A DNA stretch of 64,000 nucleotides, from the NCBI RefSeq assembly GCF_001194135.2, contig NC_068997.1, positions 56,348,776-56,412,775 of the forward strand. Reading direction: 5' to 3'. Positions 24,431 to 37,580 of the stretch are shown here, piece after piece. This DNA is from Octopus bimaculoides (taxonomy: Eukaryota). A program made the position numbers and the translations under genes. The notes beneath the pieces are model-generated. The model was not told the origin of the DNA. It did no database searches and saw nothing but the letters and a program-made list of their open reading frames with translations. Numbering within the stretch: position 1 is the first letter of the stretch; every line of letters begins with the position of its first letter.

Positions 24431-25220
24431 TCTAGGGAAGGTTACCTTATAGCTTGCATGGCTAAGGGCCTAAATTGGTCCCTATAACTGAAGGAAAATA
24501 ATGATTCATTACAATCTCCATCAATCAGATTGTATCCATCAGTTATTGGTCAATCCAAATCTATAGTAGAAGAGACTTGCCCAAGATGCCACACAAGTAG
24601 ACTGAGTTAAAATTCCATGGTTGTGAAACGAACCTGTTACCCATCCAACCACATATGTTTTTACGAATTCCTGATGCTTGATGGAAAATATCTGTCTACC
24701 AGATCTAATCAATCTGGAAAACTAAAAGTTCCCAAATATATTTAGCATTCGGTTGTAATGTAAAAGATGATGTCTGCTACTCAGGAAATTCTCTCAGCAA
24801 TAAAAGACAAATGACTTTTTTACTAAATTGCGCACGATATAACTGAATCTTTGTGCTTTCTAATTTATGTGTTTGTCTTAATAGGCTTGAAATATTTAAG
24901 AAAATGGATTACTTTAGCTTAGCGCTAATTATTATTTCAACTTCATCACTAATTACACTTGCGATTTTCAAGTACTTTTTAAATTCATCTTTTACCACTA
25001 CTGTTATGACCATTGCCAAGACATCCCCCACCACTGCCTCCCCACACCCTACCAGCCCCACCAGCAATCACCAACACTCCCAGGGACACAGACACCAGCT
25101 TCACTATCACCACTATCAATACATTTTACACCTCCCCACATACACGTACAGCCCCCCCCCCTCATCATCATCTGTTTATGCCCACTGTTCCATGCTGGCA
25201 TGGACAAGACACAATTTCTG

Positions 25221-25545
25221 GGTGGCAAGTGCCTTCTACTATAGCCTCAAGGTGACCAAAGCCTTGAACGTGGATTTGATAATCGGAAACTGAAAGAAGC
25301 CCATTGTGTGTGTGTGTGTGTGTGTGTCTTTGCATGTGTCTGTCCTCCATCATCACCTGACAACCAGTGTTGGTCTGTTTACAACCCTGTAACTTAGCTG
25401 TTCAACTAAAGAGACCAATAAAAGAAAATACTAGGCTTCAAAGAAATAAAGAACTGCCGTCAATTCATTTAACTCAAAATTCTTCAAGGCAGTGCCCCAG
25501 CATGGCCGCGTTCTAATGACTGAAACAAGTAAAACGGAAAAGAAA
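25221..25545 (+). mobile_element. SINE family A, 5'-truncated
   Basis: GGCAAGTGCCTTCTACTATAGC...GAAACTGAAAGAAGCCC(TG)n...CCCCAGCATGGCCGCGTTCTAATGACTGAAACAAGTAAAA. Confidence 0.8.
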
Positions 25546-26429
25546 GAAAAAGCCTTTGTTAAAAACTTAAATAAAACCTCTTGTTTAAATCTCTGATGTA
25601 ATTAATGTTGTGCACGAAATTAGATTTAAGAATGGTTTATAAAAACTTATATTCCAATAAATGTGTTGATGTACGCAATGAAACCCTGAATTAACGGAAT
25701 TAATCATCTCATAGAATCTGAAATTGTATTGTTCAAGTGTAATAAGTATGTTATGTTTATAAGTTAACGAAGAATAATCAAAGAAAAATAATAATTAATA
25801 CCAGACTGGTGGTGGTAGCACTTGAGAAAGTACAGACGTTTCAATCAGTTTATAATGAAAGATGAAACTACAATAGAGTTAATAAAAGTTAATAAAATAG
25901 TGTATTTATATATGAATCAATAATAATTATGTTGAGAAGACAAAGTTGTCATCAGAAAGCAAAGCTGGGAATCAAAGAAATCGTATAAAATGGTAAAATA
26001 CGACCATTTTTGGCTTACGATTAGTACTTTTAAGAATTGGTATAAAATCAAAATAAATATTGACTGATGTTATTTTAAACTTGCACTATTTTCCATAAAA
26101 CAACCTAAAAATATGAATGAAAATATACACATGTATACATACATACAGACATACATACATACATACATACACACATATATACATACATTCATACATATAT
26201 ACATACATTCATACATATATATACATACATTCAAACATACATATATACCTACATACATACATTCACACACGCATACATACATGCATATATACAAATACTC
26301 ACACGCATATATAAGAGTAAGTAAGCATGGCTGTGAGGTTAAGAAGTTTGCTTCTCAACCATTCGGTTTAGGGTTCAGTCCCACTGCACTGCCCTTTGGA
26401 TAAGTATCATCATTAACATCAGCATCCCC

Positions 26430-26620
26430 GTCATCATTTAACGTCCATCTTCGATACTGGCTTGGGTTGGACAGTTTGACCAGAGCCACACTAGGCTCCA
26501 TTGTCTACTTTGGCTTGGTCTTCTACGGGTGGATGTCCTTCCTAATGCCAACCACTTCATAAAGTGTGACACTGGGTGCTTGTTATGTGGCACCAGCACC
26601 AGTATGGTTGCCAAGCAACT
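26430..26620 (-). mobile_element. RTE 3'UTR-derived short copy
   Basis: CATCATTTAACGTCC...GGATGTCCTTCCTAATGCCAACC...GGGTGCTTGTTATGTGGCACC. Confidence 0.7.
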
Positions 26621-28212
26621 TGCAAGATGAAGATCTCTCAGATGATGGAGGGAGTGGAGCCAAGGGAAGTGGCTTGGTGCCAGGTGAGAGGTTAGACAAT
26701 AATAGAGGGATAGAGAGAGGTGCCTTAATATAGAGGGATGAGGTGGCCACCCTGATAAGAGAAGAAAGGAGAGGCGGAGTGAGTGAGTGAGTGAGTGAGT
26801 GAGAGAAAGAGAGAGAGAGAGAAGCTGGCTCTGAAAGTGTTTTCTGGTATAATCCTGGGTCAACCCATGACTTGTGAGTGAATTTGCTTTATAGAATTTC
26901 TACAAACACACACGCGTGTGCGCACGCACCTTTATTTGTGAATTTGTAAAACATTCAATGATAAAAAGTGGATTTGAAGAAAGAATTTACATTAAGAGTA
27001 GAATGGTGAAAATTATGAAGGAAACAAAAGAGAAGAATTGGTGCCATGTTAAGCAAACTGCCTCAGGTGTAACAGAGAACAACATCATTGCGATTCCGTT
27101 TACCTGTGTGCCCCAGCAAGAAAATATTTTATGAAATGAGGCCAAAATACAACACAATTTTGTATTTCTTTGGCTTTTGTTCATTACATTTATTTATTTT
27201 ATTGTTTTTCTTTATTGTTATATTTATAGTTTTTCATTGGTTTCAAGATTCTTATGCCTGTTGGGATTGACTGAACTCTTGGAGGGTGATCTAGGAAGAA
27301 TTAGAAAACAAGCTATGAACATTGGAATGGTAGTTGTGGTGGTTGTAGTGATGATGATGATGGTGATGGTAATGGTAGTGAGGATTATAGCAATGTCAAT
27401 GAAAATGATGTTGATTAGTGAAACAGACGGTAATATTTATAAAGTGAAGAAATTGTAAACTGAAATGTCCAGACATTTCCGTTTCTTGTTTTTTGGTTTA
27501 TATTTTTAAACTGTAAACTAAAATCTATTGAATCAACTCCATTCCTTCCATCCCTCCATGTATGATCTTGGACTGACCCTAGATATCAATACTACATTGC
27601 TATTGATACATGCAATTAAATCTTCCTCTTATGGATATTATCATAATATATAAACAGTGCCCTAGCATGGCCACTCAATGTCCAGTGAATAAAACCAGTA
27701 ATAAAAGACTAAAAGAATTCTCCCAAGTCAGAAATCAATATTTGAATCTGTGCAAACATATTCCAACTTTGGTAGCAAGAAATACCAAAACTTATAATGG
27801 AAAGAAAATAGAAGCCTTTCCTGAAGTTATTCTTTGAGATTTCTAATAGTTTTGAAAGGAAACTGATCGATGGTGATACCTTAGAGAGGTTTTTGTGCAA
27901 TAAATTAATGTCTGATCTTTCATATTGCAATGACCGGAGGTGATTCCATCAGGGGTTTGTGTCAGAGTGAGGGGGTGAGGTAATTATTTATTACAAATTC
28001 ATTATGAAGGAAATGGTAGATATCAAAATATCAGACACTTGCGAGTGGGGAAGGGGGGGGGAACATGTGGCGTATTGATGGCTACTCAGTGAATGCCACC
28101 ACTTTACAACCAAGTGGTTCTGGGTTCGATTCTGTTGTGTGGCACCTTTTACTACTGTAGCCTTTGGGAGTGGATTTGGTAGAGGGAAACAGAAAGAAGC
28201 CTGCTCTGTGTG

Positions 28213-28246
<34 letters not shown>

Positions 28247-28262
28247 CACACATGTGTGTGTG

Positions 28263-28560
28263 TGTGGTTAGCATATCAAGTTGATGGTCATAACATCATG
28301 AGTTCAATTCCCAGGGAGCACATTGTGTCCTTGAACAAGACACTTTATTTCACATTGCTCCAGTCCACTCAAATGGGCAAAATGAGTTGTACCTGGAATT
28401 CAAAAGGGGCCAGCCTTGTCACATTCAGTGTCATGGTGAATAACTCCAAGAACTATGAAGAGTATACATATCAGTGGAGTACTCAGCCACTTGCATGTTA
28501 ATTCGATGAGCAGTCTCTTCCATTGACCATATCAATTGGAAAACACATCATTGTAACAAC
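28263..28560 (+). mobile_element. tRNA-derived SINE family B (CORE-like central domain)
   Basis: B-box-like GAGTTCAATTCCC, then GTGTCCTTGAACAAGACACTTTATTTCACATTGCTCCAGTCCACTC...AAAATGAGTTGTACC, and an (AAT)n tail. Reverse-complement copies lie at 32.4-32.7 and 38.6-38.9 kb. The CORE assignment is inference. Confidence 0.75.
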
Positions 28561-30324
28561 CAATAATAATAATAATAATAATGATAATAATAATAATGAT
28601 AATAATAACATCGAAAAAAATACCTTAGGAATGAGAACTCAGGTTCGAAATTTCCCCAAGACTCCTGATAAAGGCTGGAGGGTATATCAGAACTGGAGGA
28701 AGAAATATACAGTGGTAAGTTGGTTTTGCAAACAAAAACTAATTGCTCATGCTGCAGCGTGGGGTTAGCGGATGGGGTTATCTCCTTACATCAGATCCAA
28801 CCATGGTTACATTCAAAGGTCATTCCCTGACTGGCCATAACTTTTAACTTCCTAAAAAATTTATATATAGAGAAGGATGTGTGTGCATGAAGCTATGTAT
28901 ATGTGAATGCATTTATCAGAAGAAAAGCCACAGGTTTATCTGTCTATATGTAGCAATTAAAAGAGAGACATGTATGGAATAAACAATAAAAAATGGTGGG
29001 GCAATCATCCAGAGAGAAACCATGCCTACATTATTATTATATTCATAATATTTACAACACATTTTCCACCTGCAGTTTATAGATATGGCCATTCTATCAT
29101 AGTCAGATAAATTTATTGCATTATAAAACCATGACAGACAAAATAAATTAATAGCAGCTCATTCATGAGGGGGAAAAATGACAGTATCTGTTATTTAAAA
29201 AGATATCTCATCTGTTCATATTGTTGAGTAAGAAAAACTGTCAGTGGTAATTTAAATTATTCAGTAATGTGTAAGTTTTTGAAATAATACCCGGTGTGAG
29301 AATAAAACTTTATAATTATAGATACCATGTCATTTTGATTGTCATATGTTTAAATAAACATGGATGCCTTTTGAGGTTATCTGCATTCAAAGGAATCACA
29401 CAACCAAAATGGGAGTTGAAGGGATTAAATGATGTGGGAAGTGGGAAGGATGCAGTCACACTGGAGGTGTCAACCCTTTCACTAGCCATTGTCCAGATTG
29501 CAGACACCACTCCTCAGAAGCAGGAGTACGTTTGCACATTAAAATTTTTAAAAAATGAAAAGATAATTGATGAGAGAAAAAAGTCTGGCTATAAAATACT
29601 GCTTGGAATAATTCTCCATCGAATCCCACACTAGAATGGAAAAAAAAAAATGAACACACACACACACATGCACTCACATACACACGTGCACTCACTCACG
29701 TACACATACATACACATATATGCACTCACACATATGCACACATGCACGCATACACGCATACACACATACATGTACATATAGACACACATACATATGCACA
29801 CACATACACTCATATGCACACATGCATGCATACACACACGCACACATACATATGTCAACTGCATGTCAGCAACGGAAAATAAAATGTTGATGATGATCAC
29901 ACACACACACACACACACATAGCAAAGTTTCTTTATTCATAGGAATCTGATTCTTCACTCCTCTATCATTATTCCATGTATTTTCCCCATGTATCGTATT
30001 TTGTAATCACCATGTTTAAAAGAAAGTAATAAAATATGAGAGATTAAAGAAATATGTTTTTGTATGTTGCTTTTTATTATTTTTTTAAATATTTAGTTTC
30101 ACATTTGCTTGATTTATGGTTAATTTGTATTTTCAATCTTTTACTGATTGGCAAACATCTTGTAATGCATGATGGAAATAAGAGTATTGATTAGATTCTG
30201 GGGACTGAGTTTTTGAAATCTTGCTGAAGGGATTATATTAGCATCATTGAAGTAAACAAACAAACAAACAAACAGACCTGAGTTATATATGATAATATAG
30301 AAAAGAAAAAGAAGACAAGGAAGG

Positions 30325-30360
<36 letters not shown>

Positions 30361-30665
30361 AAAAAATTAATTTTGAGCAAAAATAATTTGTCTCAAGCTG
30401 AGCAAAATGATAAAATAAATTTGCCTCTCTAAACTTCTAATTATTTCAATTTCTTTTTTTTTATTTTCAAACTTTGAATAATATCATTATTTTTAGAAAA
30501 GATGGTTTTTGTCTTCATCTTGGCTATTTCAAAATTACTTCTGCCAGAAAATAGAAAATAATTTCCAAGAAGAAAGAAAATACATTTGGCTTGTATTTAG
30601 TTATTTGTTTATCTATTTTACATGTTTCTGTTCTCTCTTTCTCTCTCTCTCTCTCTCTTCTCTAC

Positions 30666-30772
30666 NNNNNNNNNNNNNNNNNNNNNNNNNNNNNNNNNNN
30701 NNNNNNNNNNNNNNNNNNNNNNNNNNNNNNNNNNNNNNNNNNNNNNNNNNNNNNNNNNNNNNNNNNNNNNNN
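30666..30772. other. Assembly gap (N)
   Basis: N run after (TC)n. Confidence 0.97.
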
Positions 30773-30833
30773 TTCTCTACGTCCTCTCTTTCTTTCCTTC
30801 TCCTACTTGCCTTCACCTTATCTGTGTATGTAT

Positions 30834-30939
<106 letters not shown>

Positions 30940-31510
30940 ACACATATGTATGTATTTATATAATTCTCCCTCTCTCTCTCTCTCTCTGCCTGTCCCTCCT
31001 TTTTGCTCAATGACATGATAATTTCTTTTTGGATGAAACATAACAAAGTAATTACTGGATGGCAACATAGATCAGCATTTGGGATTCAAGTAATTTAGTC
31101 AAATTTTTGACTTGGTAATGGTTTTTCAGGCAGAAACTAAGCAGAAGAGACATTCTGTGTTTTACTTATACAGAGCAAAATAAAAATCTGTGTTGCTTCC
31201 AAGATGGCTACTAGCAAATCTCTTTTTTTGCTGATCTGATTTCATTGTCAATGATATGTGAGAGTGGGGAAACAACTATTACCTGTAAAAGATATTACAG
31301 GTATGTTATTGCAAAGAGAGTAATTGGAGCCATTTGATTAGGATGTTTACCATGTTGGTTTGTAGTTTTTATTTTTATGATGGGTCTGTGCAGGGTCTTA
31401 GGTAAGTCTTTTCTAACAGCATTGGTTTGACTGATTCTTGGTCGATGGAAATGGTGCAATGGCCTCTTGCACATATTCAAATATATATGTGTGTGTGTGT
31501 GTGTGCATGA

Positions 31511-31543
<33 letters not shown>

Positions 31544-31544
31544 C

Positions 31545-31748
31545 ACGTGTTTGTCCTCCAACATCACTTGACAACTGATGCTGGTGTGTTTATATCCCCA
31601 TAATCTAGCAGTTCAGCAAAAGAGAATGATAGAATAAGTACTAGACTAACAAAGAATAAGTCCTGGGGGTTGATTTGTTTTGACTAAAGGCGATGCTCCA
31701 GCATGGCCGCAGTCAAATGACTGACACAAGTAAAAGAATAAAAGAATA
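31545..31748 (+). mobile_element. SINE family A, 3' half
   Basis: CACTTGACAACTGATGCTGGTGTG...GGCGATGCTCCAGCATGGCCGCAGTCAAATGACTGACACAAGTAAAAGAATAAAAGAATA. Confidence 0.85.
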
Positions 31749-32439
31749 TGTTTGATGATCTACCAATAACTCATACACTGGCAGAGTAATAAACAAAATT
31801 TCTCTGGACAAAGGCATCAGTTTGGTTATCTCCCTTTCCATTATAATTTCAAATACTGACAAGGACAATTTTGTGTTTCCTTTCAGTTGATGAGTGACGC
31901 TCAATAAATTAAGTGGCACTCAAATATTCCATCCTTTGCCAGACACACCTCTTCCAAAAAAGATTTTATGCTGAGCCAAAGTTAACAGAATCTATTTTAG
32001 GCTCCAAAAGTCTGTCAAAAGATAATCCAAACTGTCTTGGAATATGTCTTGCAACATTTTATTCCAAACAACAGAATGGTATTAATTGAAAGATAAATGA
32101 TAGCTTGTTCTTGTAAATATGGTAAATGCCAAAAATATATTAGTTGTAACTTGATTTGCAGAAACAATTTTCAAGAATTTTCTTCTCTTTGTAGAACTCT
32201 AATTCTTTCAGGTATTGGCTGCCCTGATTCATATAGTATGGTGATTGTCTATTATCAGACTCTTTAGAGAGAAGCCCAGTTATTTAGCAATACCAACTGT
32301 CAGGGGAGAGAGCGTTAAGTGAATTAGTGGCTGTAATCTCAAATGGAACGAAAAACTAAATTAAGCTTATTATTATCAGGGTATGGAAGACAGAAAGATA
32401 GAAACAATAAGAAGAAGAAGAAGAAGAAGAAGGAAGATG

Positions 32440-32735
32440 GCATTCCATCAGTTACAACAATGAGCGTTGCAGATGATCTGATCAATGGGACAGCCTGCTG
32501 GTGAAATTAATATGCTAGTGGCTGAGTACTCCACAGACACACATACCCTTAACGTAGTTCTCAGGGAGATTTAGCATGACACAGAATGTGACCAGGCAGA
32601 CCCTGTGAATTACAGGTACAACTCATTTTTGCCAGCTGAGTGGACTGGAGCAACGTGAAATAAAGTGTCTAGCTCAAGGACACAATGCACTGGATAAAAT
32701 TCAAGGAGTGACCCTTTCAATTGTGAGCCAAAAAG
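32440..32735 (-). mobile_element. SINE family B
   Basis: Reverse-complement match to 28263-28560 (GTGGCTGAGTACTCCAC...CAACTCATTTTTGCCAGCTGAGTGGACTGGAGCAACGTGAAATAAAGTGTC). Confidence 0.8.
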
Positions 32736-33436
32736 CCTTCACCCTTAAATCTCAAGAAGTTATAAAAAATCGAAGGGAAAACTATGCCTTAACAATATCA
32801 ATTTATCTAACCCATGCTGATATTGAAAAAAAAAAAACAGATGAAGAAATTAAAGAAATTAATAAATGAGTGTGTGAAGAAAGATATATCATTAGGCTTT
32901 TATGTGTCGTATTCTAGAATTATCACAGCAGACTGAGTTCTATATTTAAGAGATGAGGATCCGAACCTGAAACTAAATGGCTACAAAGCAAGCTGCTAAA
33001 CCACACAACCATGACTGATTTCTGCTGTGGTTTCCCTCCAGCATCAGCTTAACACTGTTTTTTCCTCCATTGCAACAGAAATGAATCAGCTGGACACTTC
33101 TCGCTCCCACAAAGTCTGTGTCATAAAATTTTGGCATTAAAGAATTCATGATTTCTCCAAAAAGAAGAATTTTGAAAGATCACAATTTACATGAGCTGCT
33201 GTTTGACGCCAAAAGAAATCTTATGAAACTACTCAATGTTCTTTGGGAAATAGCTGTGTTGTATTTTTGCCCTAGGACACAAAACCACAAAGAATATTGA
33301 ATTTTTCTCTACAAAATGCCAATATTTATTCTAGCATTTTCTTATAACTATAATGAAAAGGTATTATTACACACACACAACTTTATACACAGTCACACAC
33401 ACATATGTACATACACACACATATGCATTATACATA

Positions 33437-33633
33437 TACAGAGTTGACCAAAAGTCTCCTGACAGTAAATCAAAACCATTTAATTCCAAGATATATTTAT
33501 GTTTAACAACTGAAAGAATTTAATAAAAGCATCTCCTTGAGCGACACATTCTTCCATTTGAGTCAATACAAAATTACAGATAGTATTTATGGAATTTTGA
33601 TTTACTACTGGGTGACTTTTGCCCAAACCTGTA
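33437..33633. mobile_element. Tc1/mariner-type MITE
   Basis: TA-flanked 197 bp. Left TACAGAGTTGACCAAAAGTCTCCTGACAGTAAATCAAAA vs reverse complement of the right end TACAGGTTTGGGCAAAAGTCACCCAGTAGTAAATCAAAA (~39-bp imperfect TIR). Confidence 0.8.
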
Positions 33634-33693
33634 TATATGTATATATATATACATACATACATGCATACATATATATGTATGTATGTATACTTA

Positions 33694-33874
33694 GGCGCAG
33701 GAGTGGCTATATAGGTGCAGAAGTGGCTGTGTGGTAAGAAGCTTGCCTCCCAACTACATGGTTCTGGGTTCAGTCCCACTGCATGGCACTTTGGCCAATT
33801 GTAGTCTACTATAGCCTCTAGCCAGCAAAACCTTGTGAGTGAATTTGGTAGATGAAAACTTAAAGAAGCCCATC

Positions 33875-33920
<46 letters not shown>

Positions 33921-34122
33921 CTGTTTTTGTCTCCACATCAACACTTGACAACCGGTGTTGGTGTACTTATGTCCTCATAACATAGCAGTTCAGCAAAAGG
34001 GACCAATAGAATAAGTACCAAACTTTAAAAAAAATAATGACTGGGTTTAATTCCTTCAGCAAAAATTCTTCAAGGTGATGCTGCAGCATGGCCGTTGTCT
34101 CATTACTGAAACAAGTAAAAGG
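33694..34122 (+). mobile_element. Full-length SINE family A
   Basis: tRNA-like head (duplicated first ~25 bp), body, internal (TA)n(TG)n, and 3' tail GGTGATGCTGCAGCATGGCC...CTGAAACAAGTAAAA. Confidence 0.85.
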
Positions 34123-34168
34123 GAAGCTAATTCAGTTTATTGGTTGATCTTTCAATGAATCTGCCAGT

Positions 34169-34238
34169 GGGAGGGTCATCTGACCTTGGGAGGGTCATCT
34201 GACCTTGGGAGGGTCATCTGACCTTGGGAGGGTCATCT
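34169..34238. repeat. 19-bp perfect tandem repeat x3.7 (GGGAGGGTCATCTGACCTT)
   Basis: Identical units at 34169, 34188 and 34207, partial unit at 34226. Confidence 0.95.
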
Positions 34239-34478
34239 TGTCTGTAAGAAACACATGTGCTGATTCTATTACATTCTTTATCATTTTCATTAGTCAACTA
34301 TACACACACACACACACATATAAATATATGCCTAAACTATACTTACACAAATTTGATTTGACCTCCAGCTTAGTGCTTCCTGTCAATAATCACCGTAATA
34401 TTTTGTACTAAATTTCTTGCAATATGCATGAATAAATACAGTGTGTAGATATATATGAGTGTGTGTGTATATATATGC

Positions 34479-34522
<44 letters not shown>

Positions 34523-36912
34523 GCGCATACATACATGTGTGTGTGTGTACATGGGTGTATATATATACACATATATATACATGCATGCATACACACAAAT
34601 AGATAGATATGTGTCTGTTTTTTAATGTCCAATAATAACTTGGTAAAGTTTGAAATTCGTAATTCTTTAATATGATTTTGATTTTCTCAAGTTGGAATCG
34701 ACTGAAGATGGTTTCCTTTTGTTGTGAACAGAGAAGAGGCAACAAAAGATTTAAACAGACCATATTTTCTCTTGACAAAGCCACTTAGTCAATTAGAGGC
34801 CATTTGATGGCACCGATACCCTGGAATCTAATTGATTCCCTTATAAATAAAGCTAAGAATTTCATATAATAGGTTTATCAATCATTGTTAGACAAATTAA
34901 TGAGTTGGAGTCATCCACCAACGATATGTCTGCGTCTGTTTGGCTTGCTATTTTGATATATTTATGTACATGTTTGCAATCATATATTTTAAATGGGTGT
35001 CTCTATGTGTGTGCCTATGTGTGTATATGAGTGTGCATGTGTGTGTGTGTGCATGTATAATTGTGTGTTTGTTGTAGAGAAGGTTGGAGAGAATAACAGA
35101 ATTAAAGACAGATTAATTGATTATTTGGTCAATAAACTCCTTTTTAAACACATGTAGATATATCTGTATGCTTACACCCATACACATATATGCACAATGT
35201 ATGTATAGATATGTGTGGTGGGGTGTTATGTCTGTATATGAACGTATATATTACCATAAACACACACACAAATATATATTTATCAGTGTGTGTGTATGTG
35301 TGTGTGTAACCTTTTATTGATGTATATAATTATATGCTTCTTTCATTGTTACTTAAAACGCCTTGAACTGAAGACAATAAGAAAATATTTTCAACTAGGA
35401 ATCAAGATTCTTCTCATATCAGTTTTTCTCTGCAATAATTCCTCTAAAACGTTAAATCTTCAAAAATTCTTGCACTTTTGTATTATGAAATCAGTGAACT
35501 TCATTCCAAGAATTTGTATCAACCATTTCTGTTAGTTCTTTGAGAAACCCAACATTACAAGTTTGCTTGATAAACATTTAATAAGAAGGTTAAATTCTTA
35601 AATTGTTAGAAGAAGAAATACAGAATTATAAGTCAAATAAAAAAGTTGAAACACCATCATTTGTAGACTTGTGGTGTATATTTTGACTTTCTATGACGGG
35701 AGATCTACAACCACCAAAATCAGTTTGGTTTTTCAACTTTTTTATGTTTGAGAAAATAAAACACCAGCCAAGAGCATCAGATTGTCAAAATTGCACGGAG
35801 AGAGTCTCGTCTTCATGTCTGTTTGGGCTCTTGGCATTCTGAGTTCTTTTGTGATAGACTTAATTCTAGACTTTCCACCCTGAGCCATTAAGTAAATTTA
35901 AGGGAGTTCATTCTATTGGAATCAGTCTATGGGGCAGGTACCCTGTTTCTCATTTTTCTTTTTTTTTTTTTACCTCCCACCAGTCTTGGAAGATCTGGAA
36001 AATAAAGGATCATAGATGACCGAGACCCTACTTAGTAGTTACGTCCACATGCACCCCAAGATTGTCCAGTCATCTTCTACTGACACCATGCATTGAAACA
36101 TGTGTACAACCTTTCTCCTCTGGCCATACATATTCATCCATATATATATGTAACAAATCATAGAAAATGGAATACATGAGAAAATTTATTTCTCACAACG
36201 ATCGTATATATGTATATACAGAGTGTAAGAGGGATAATTGATGCTGGCAGATGCCATATTATCTCTGAAATGGGTTAAATAAGGAGATTCTAAATTCTTA
36301 AATTGTGTGGAGGAAATGTACCAAATTTTCACTTCTAAATTTACTCTTAGAGACACAAGACACGAACAGGCTCTGAAATGTCCACACTTAAGAAAATATG
36401 TCTAAACAATTTAAATAAACAAAATATAGTAAATATGCTAGTTACAATAACAATTATAACAATTAATGATATTTATACTAATACTACAACTACTACTAAT
36501 TATAATAATAACAATAATATTAATAGAAGGTATAAATGCAGAATAAGTACAATACCTGTGAATAAATAATGATCACCAAACAGCAACATGTAAACGAAAG
36601 ACTGTTACAATTAATTGAAATCTGAATAAACATTTAAAGTCACACTTCAACTGTATTATTAGCAGAGGTGGTTATTAGACCAGCATTCCATCAAATCTAA
36701 ACTGTGACATTATTGTTTGAATCAGTTTGAAAACGTCATGAGTGATGGACCGTTGATGAAATTGCAGTGACTGGGATGCATAATTGCATACAAAGTACAT
36801 CAACAGGTAATTTTTATATGCACGCATGTATATATGATGCAGATTTGCATGTTTTCTTTTATGTATGTGTTTTCAAGTATATAGTTGCACAGCTAGATAT
36901 GCTCATATACAC

Positions 36913-37580
36913 TTAAGTGATAAACTTCAGGAAGTCATTGATGGCTTGAATCTGTAGTATCTGAATCAGCTTTCACCTTTATGGTTTTGAGAAGCCTAGG
37001 CAATGTGTTACATATCCCAGGGCCTCAATAATTGCAGGTATAAACCTGAACCTATAATCTGGATAGAGTAACTTCAGATTTCTCAACAGTTCAACATAAG
37101 TATTCTCTTTATCACTGATCTTCAGCTTTATGTTAACATCCGCTGGGCAGCTAATTTCCACAACTGTGCACAGTTTCTCTTCTCTATCCCAAATCATTAT
37201 ATCAGGTTTGTTGAGCTTAATTTTACTGAGGTCTTCACTGATACATTCCACCATTACTCCTTTTTATTATGAGTGGCTGTGGCTTCCACCATACTGTGGG
37301 TTCTTATTTCTTTGTCCTCAGGGTTATTCATCCAACAGATTTCATTATAGAGTGTCCTAGCTCCAACATCATGTCTCATATGTATTTAATATCATGATGA
37401 CATTTTCGGACAACTGCTTATGATGTGGGTGATATCTTCAGTGTGAACTCCACAAAGTCTGCATCGGTTGTCACATTTTTCTGCTTTTCCTGCATCTCTC
37501 TCCTTTTTGTGCATCAGGTATTTGGCTGATATTTCCTGCTCCTGGATTGTAAACAAAGTGGAAGGTAGTAATCCTGGTTG
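36913..37580 (-). pseudogene. Decayed C-terminal region of an R4/Dong-type non-LTR retrotransposon (CCHC knuckle plus restriction-like endonuclease)
   Basis: TIQEQEISAKY...CRLCGVHTEDITHIISSC (CCHC), MRHD, KPDIMIWDREEKLCTVVEISCPADVN...K...Y (PD-D/E-xK RLE), IPAIIEALGYV and terminal FLKFIT*. Several stops and frameshifts. Confidence 0.85.

Noticed and set aside
27810-27945. IDGDTLERFL, resembling the DDB1/CPSF1 C-terminal IDGD motif
   Set aside because: Short match, no usable acceptor and no surrounding similarity. Chance.
33703-33800. tRNA-like A/B-box motifs as possible tRNA genes
   Set aside because: No cloverleaf or anticodon arm, and all are heads of multi-copy SINEs.
34169-34238. Short regular repeats considered as a CRISPR-like array
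   Set aside because: The units are directly adjacent with no spacers, there are no cas genes, and the context is eukaryotic.
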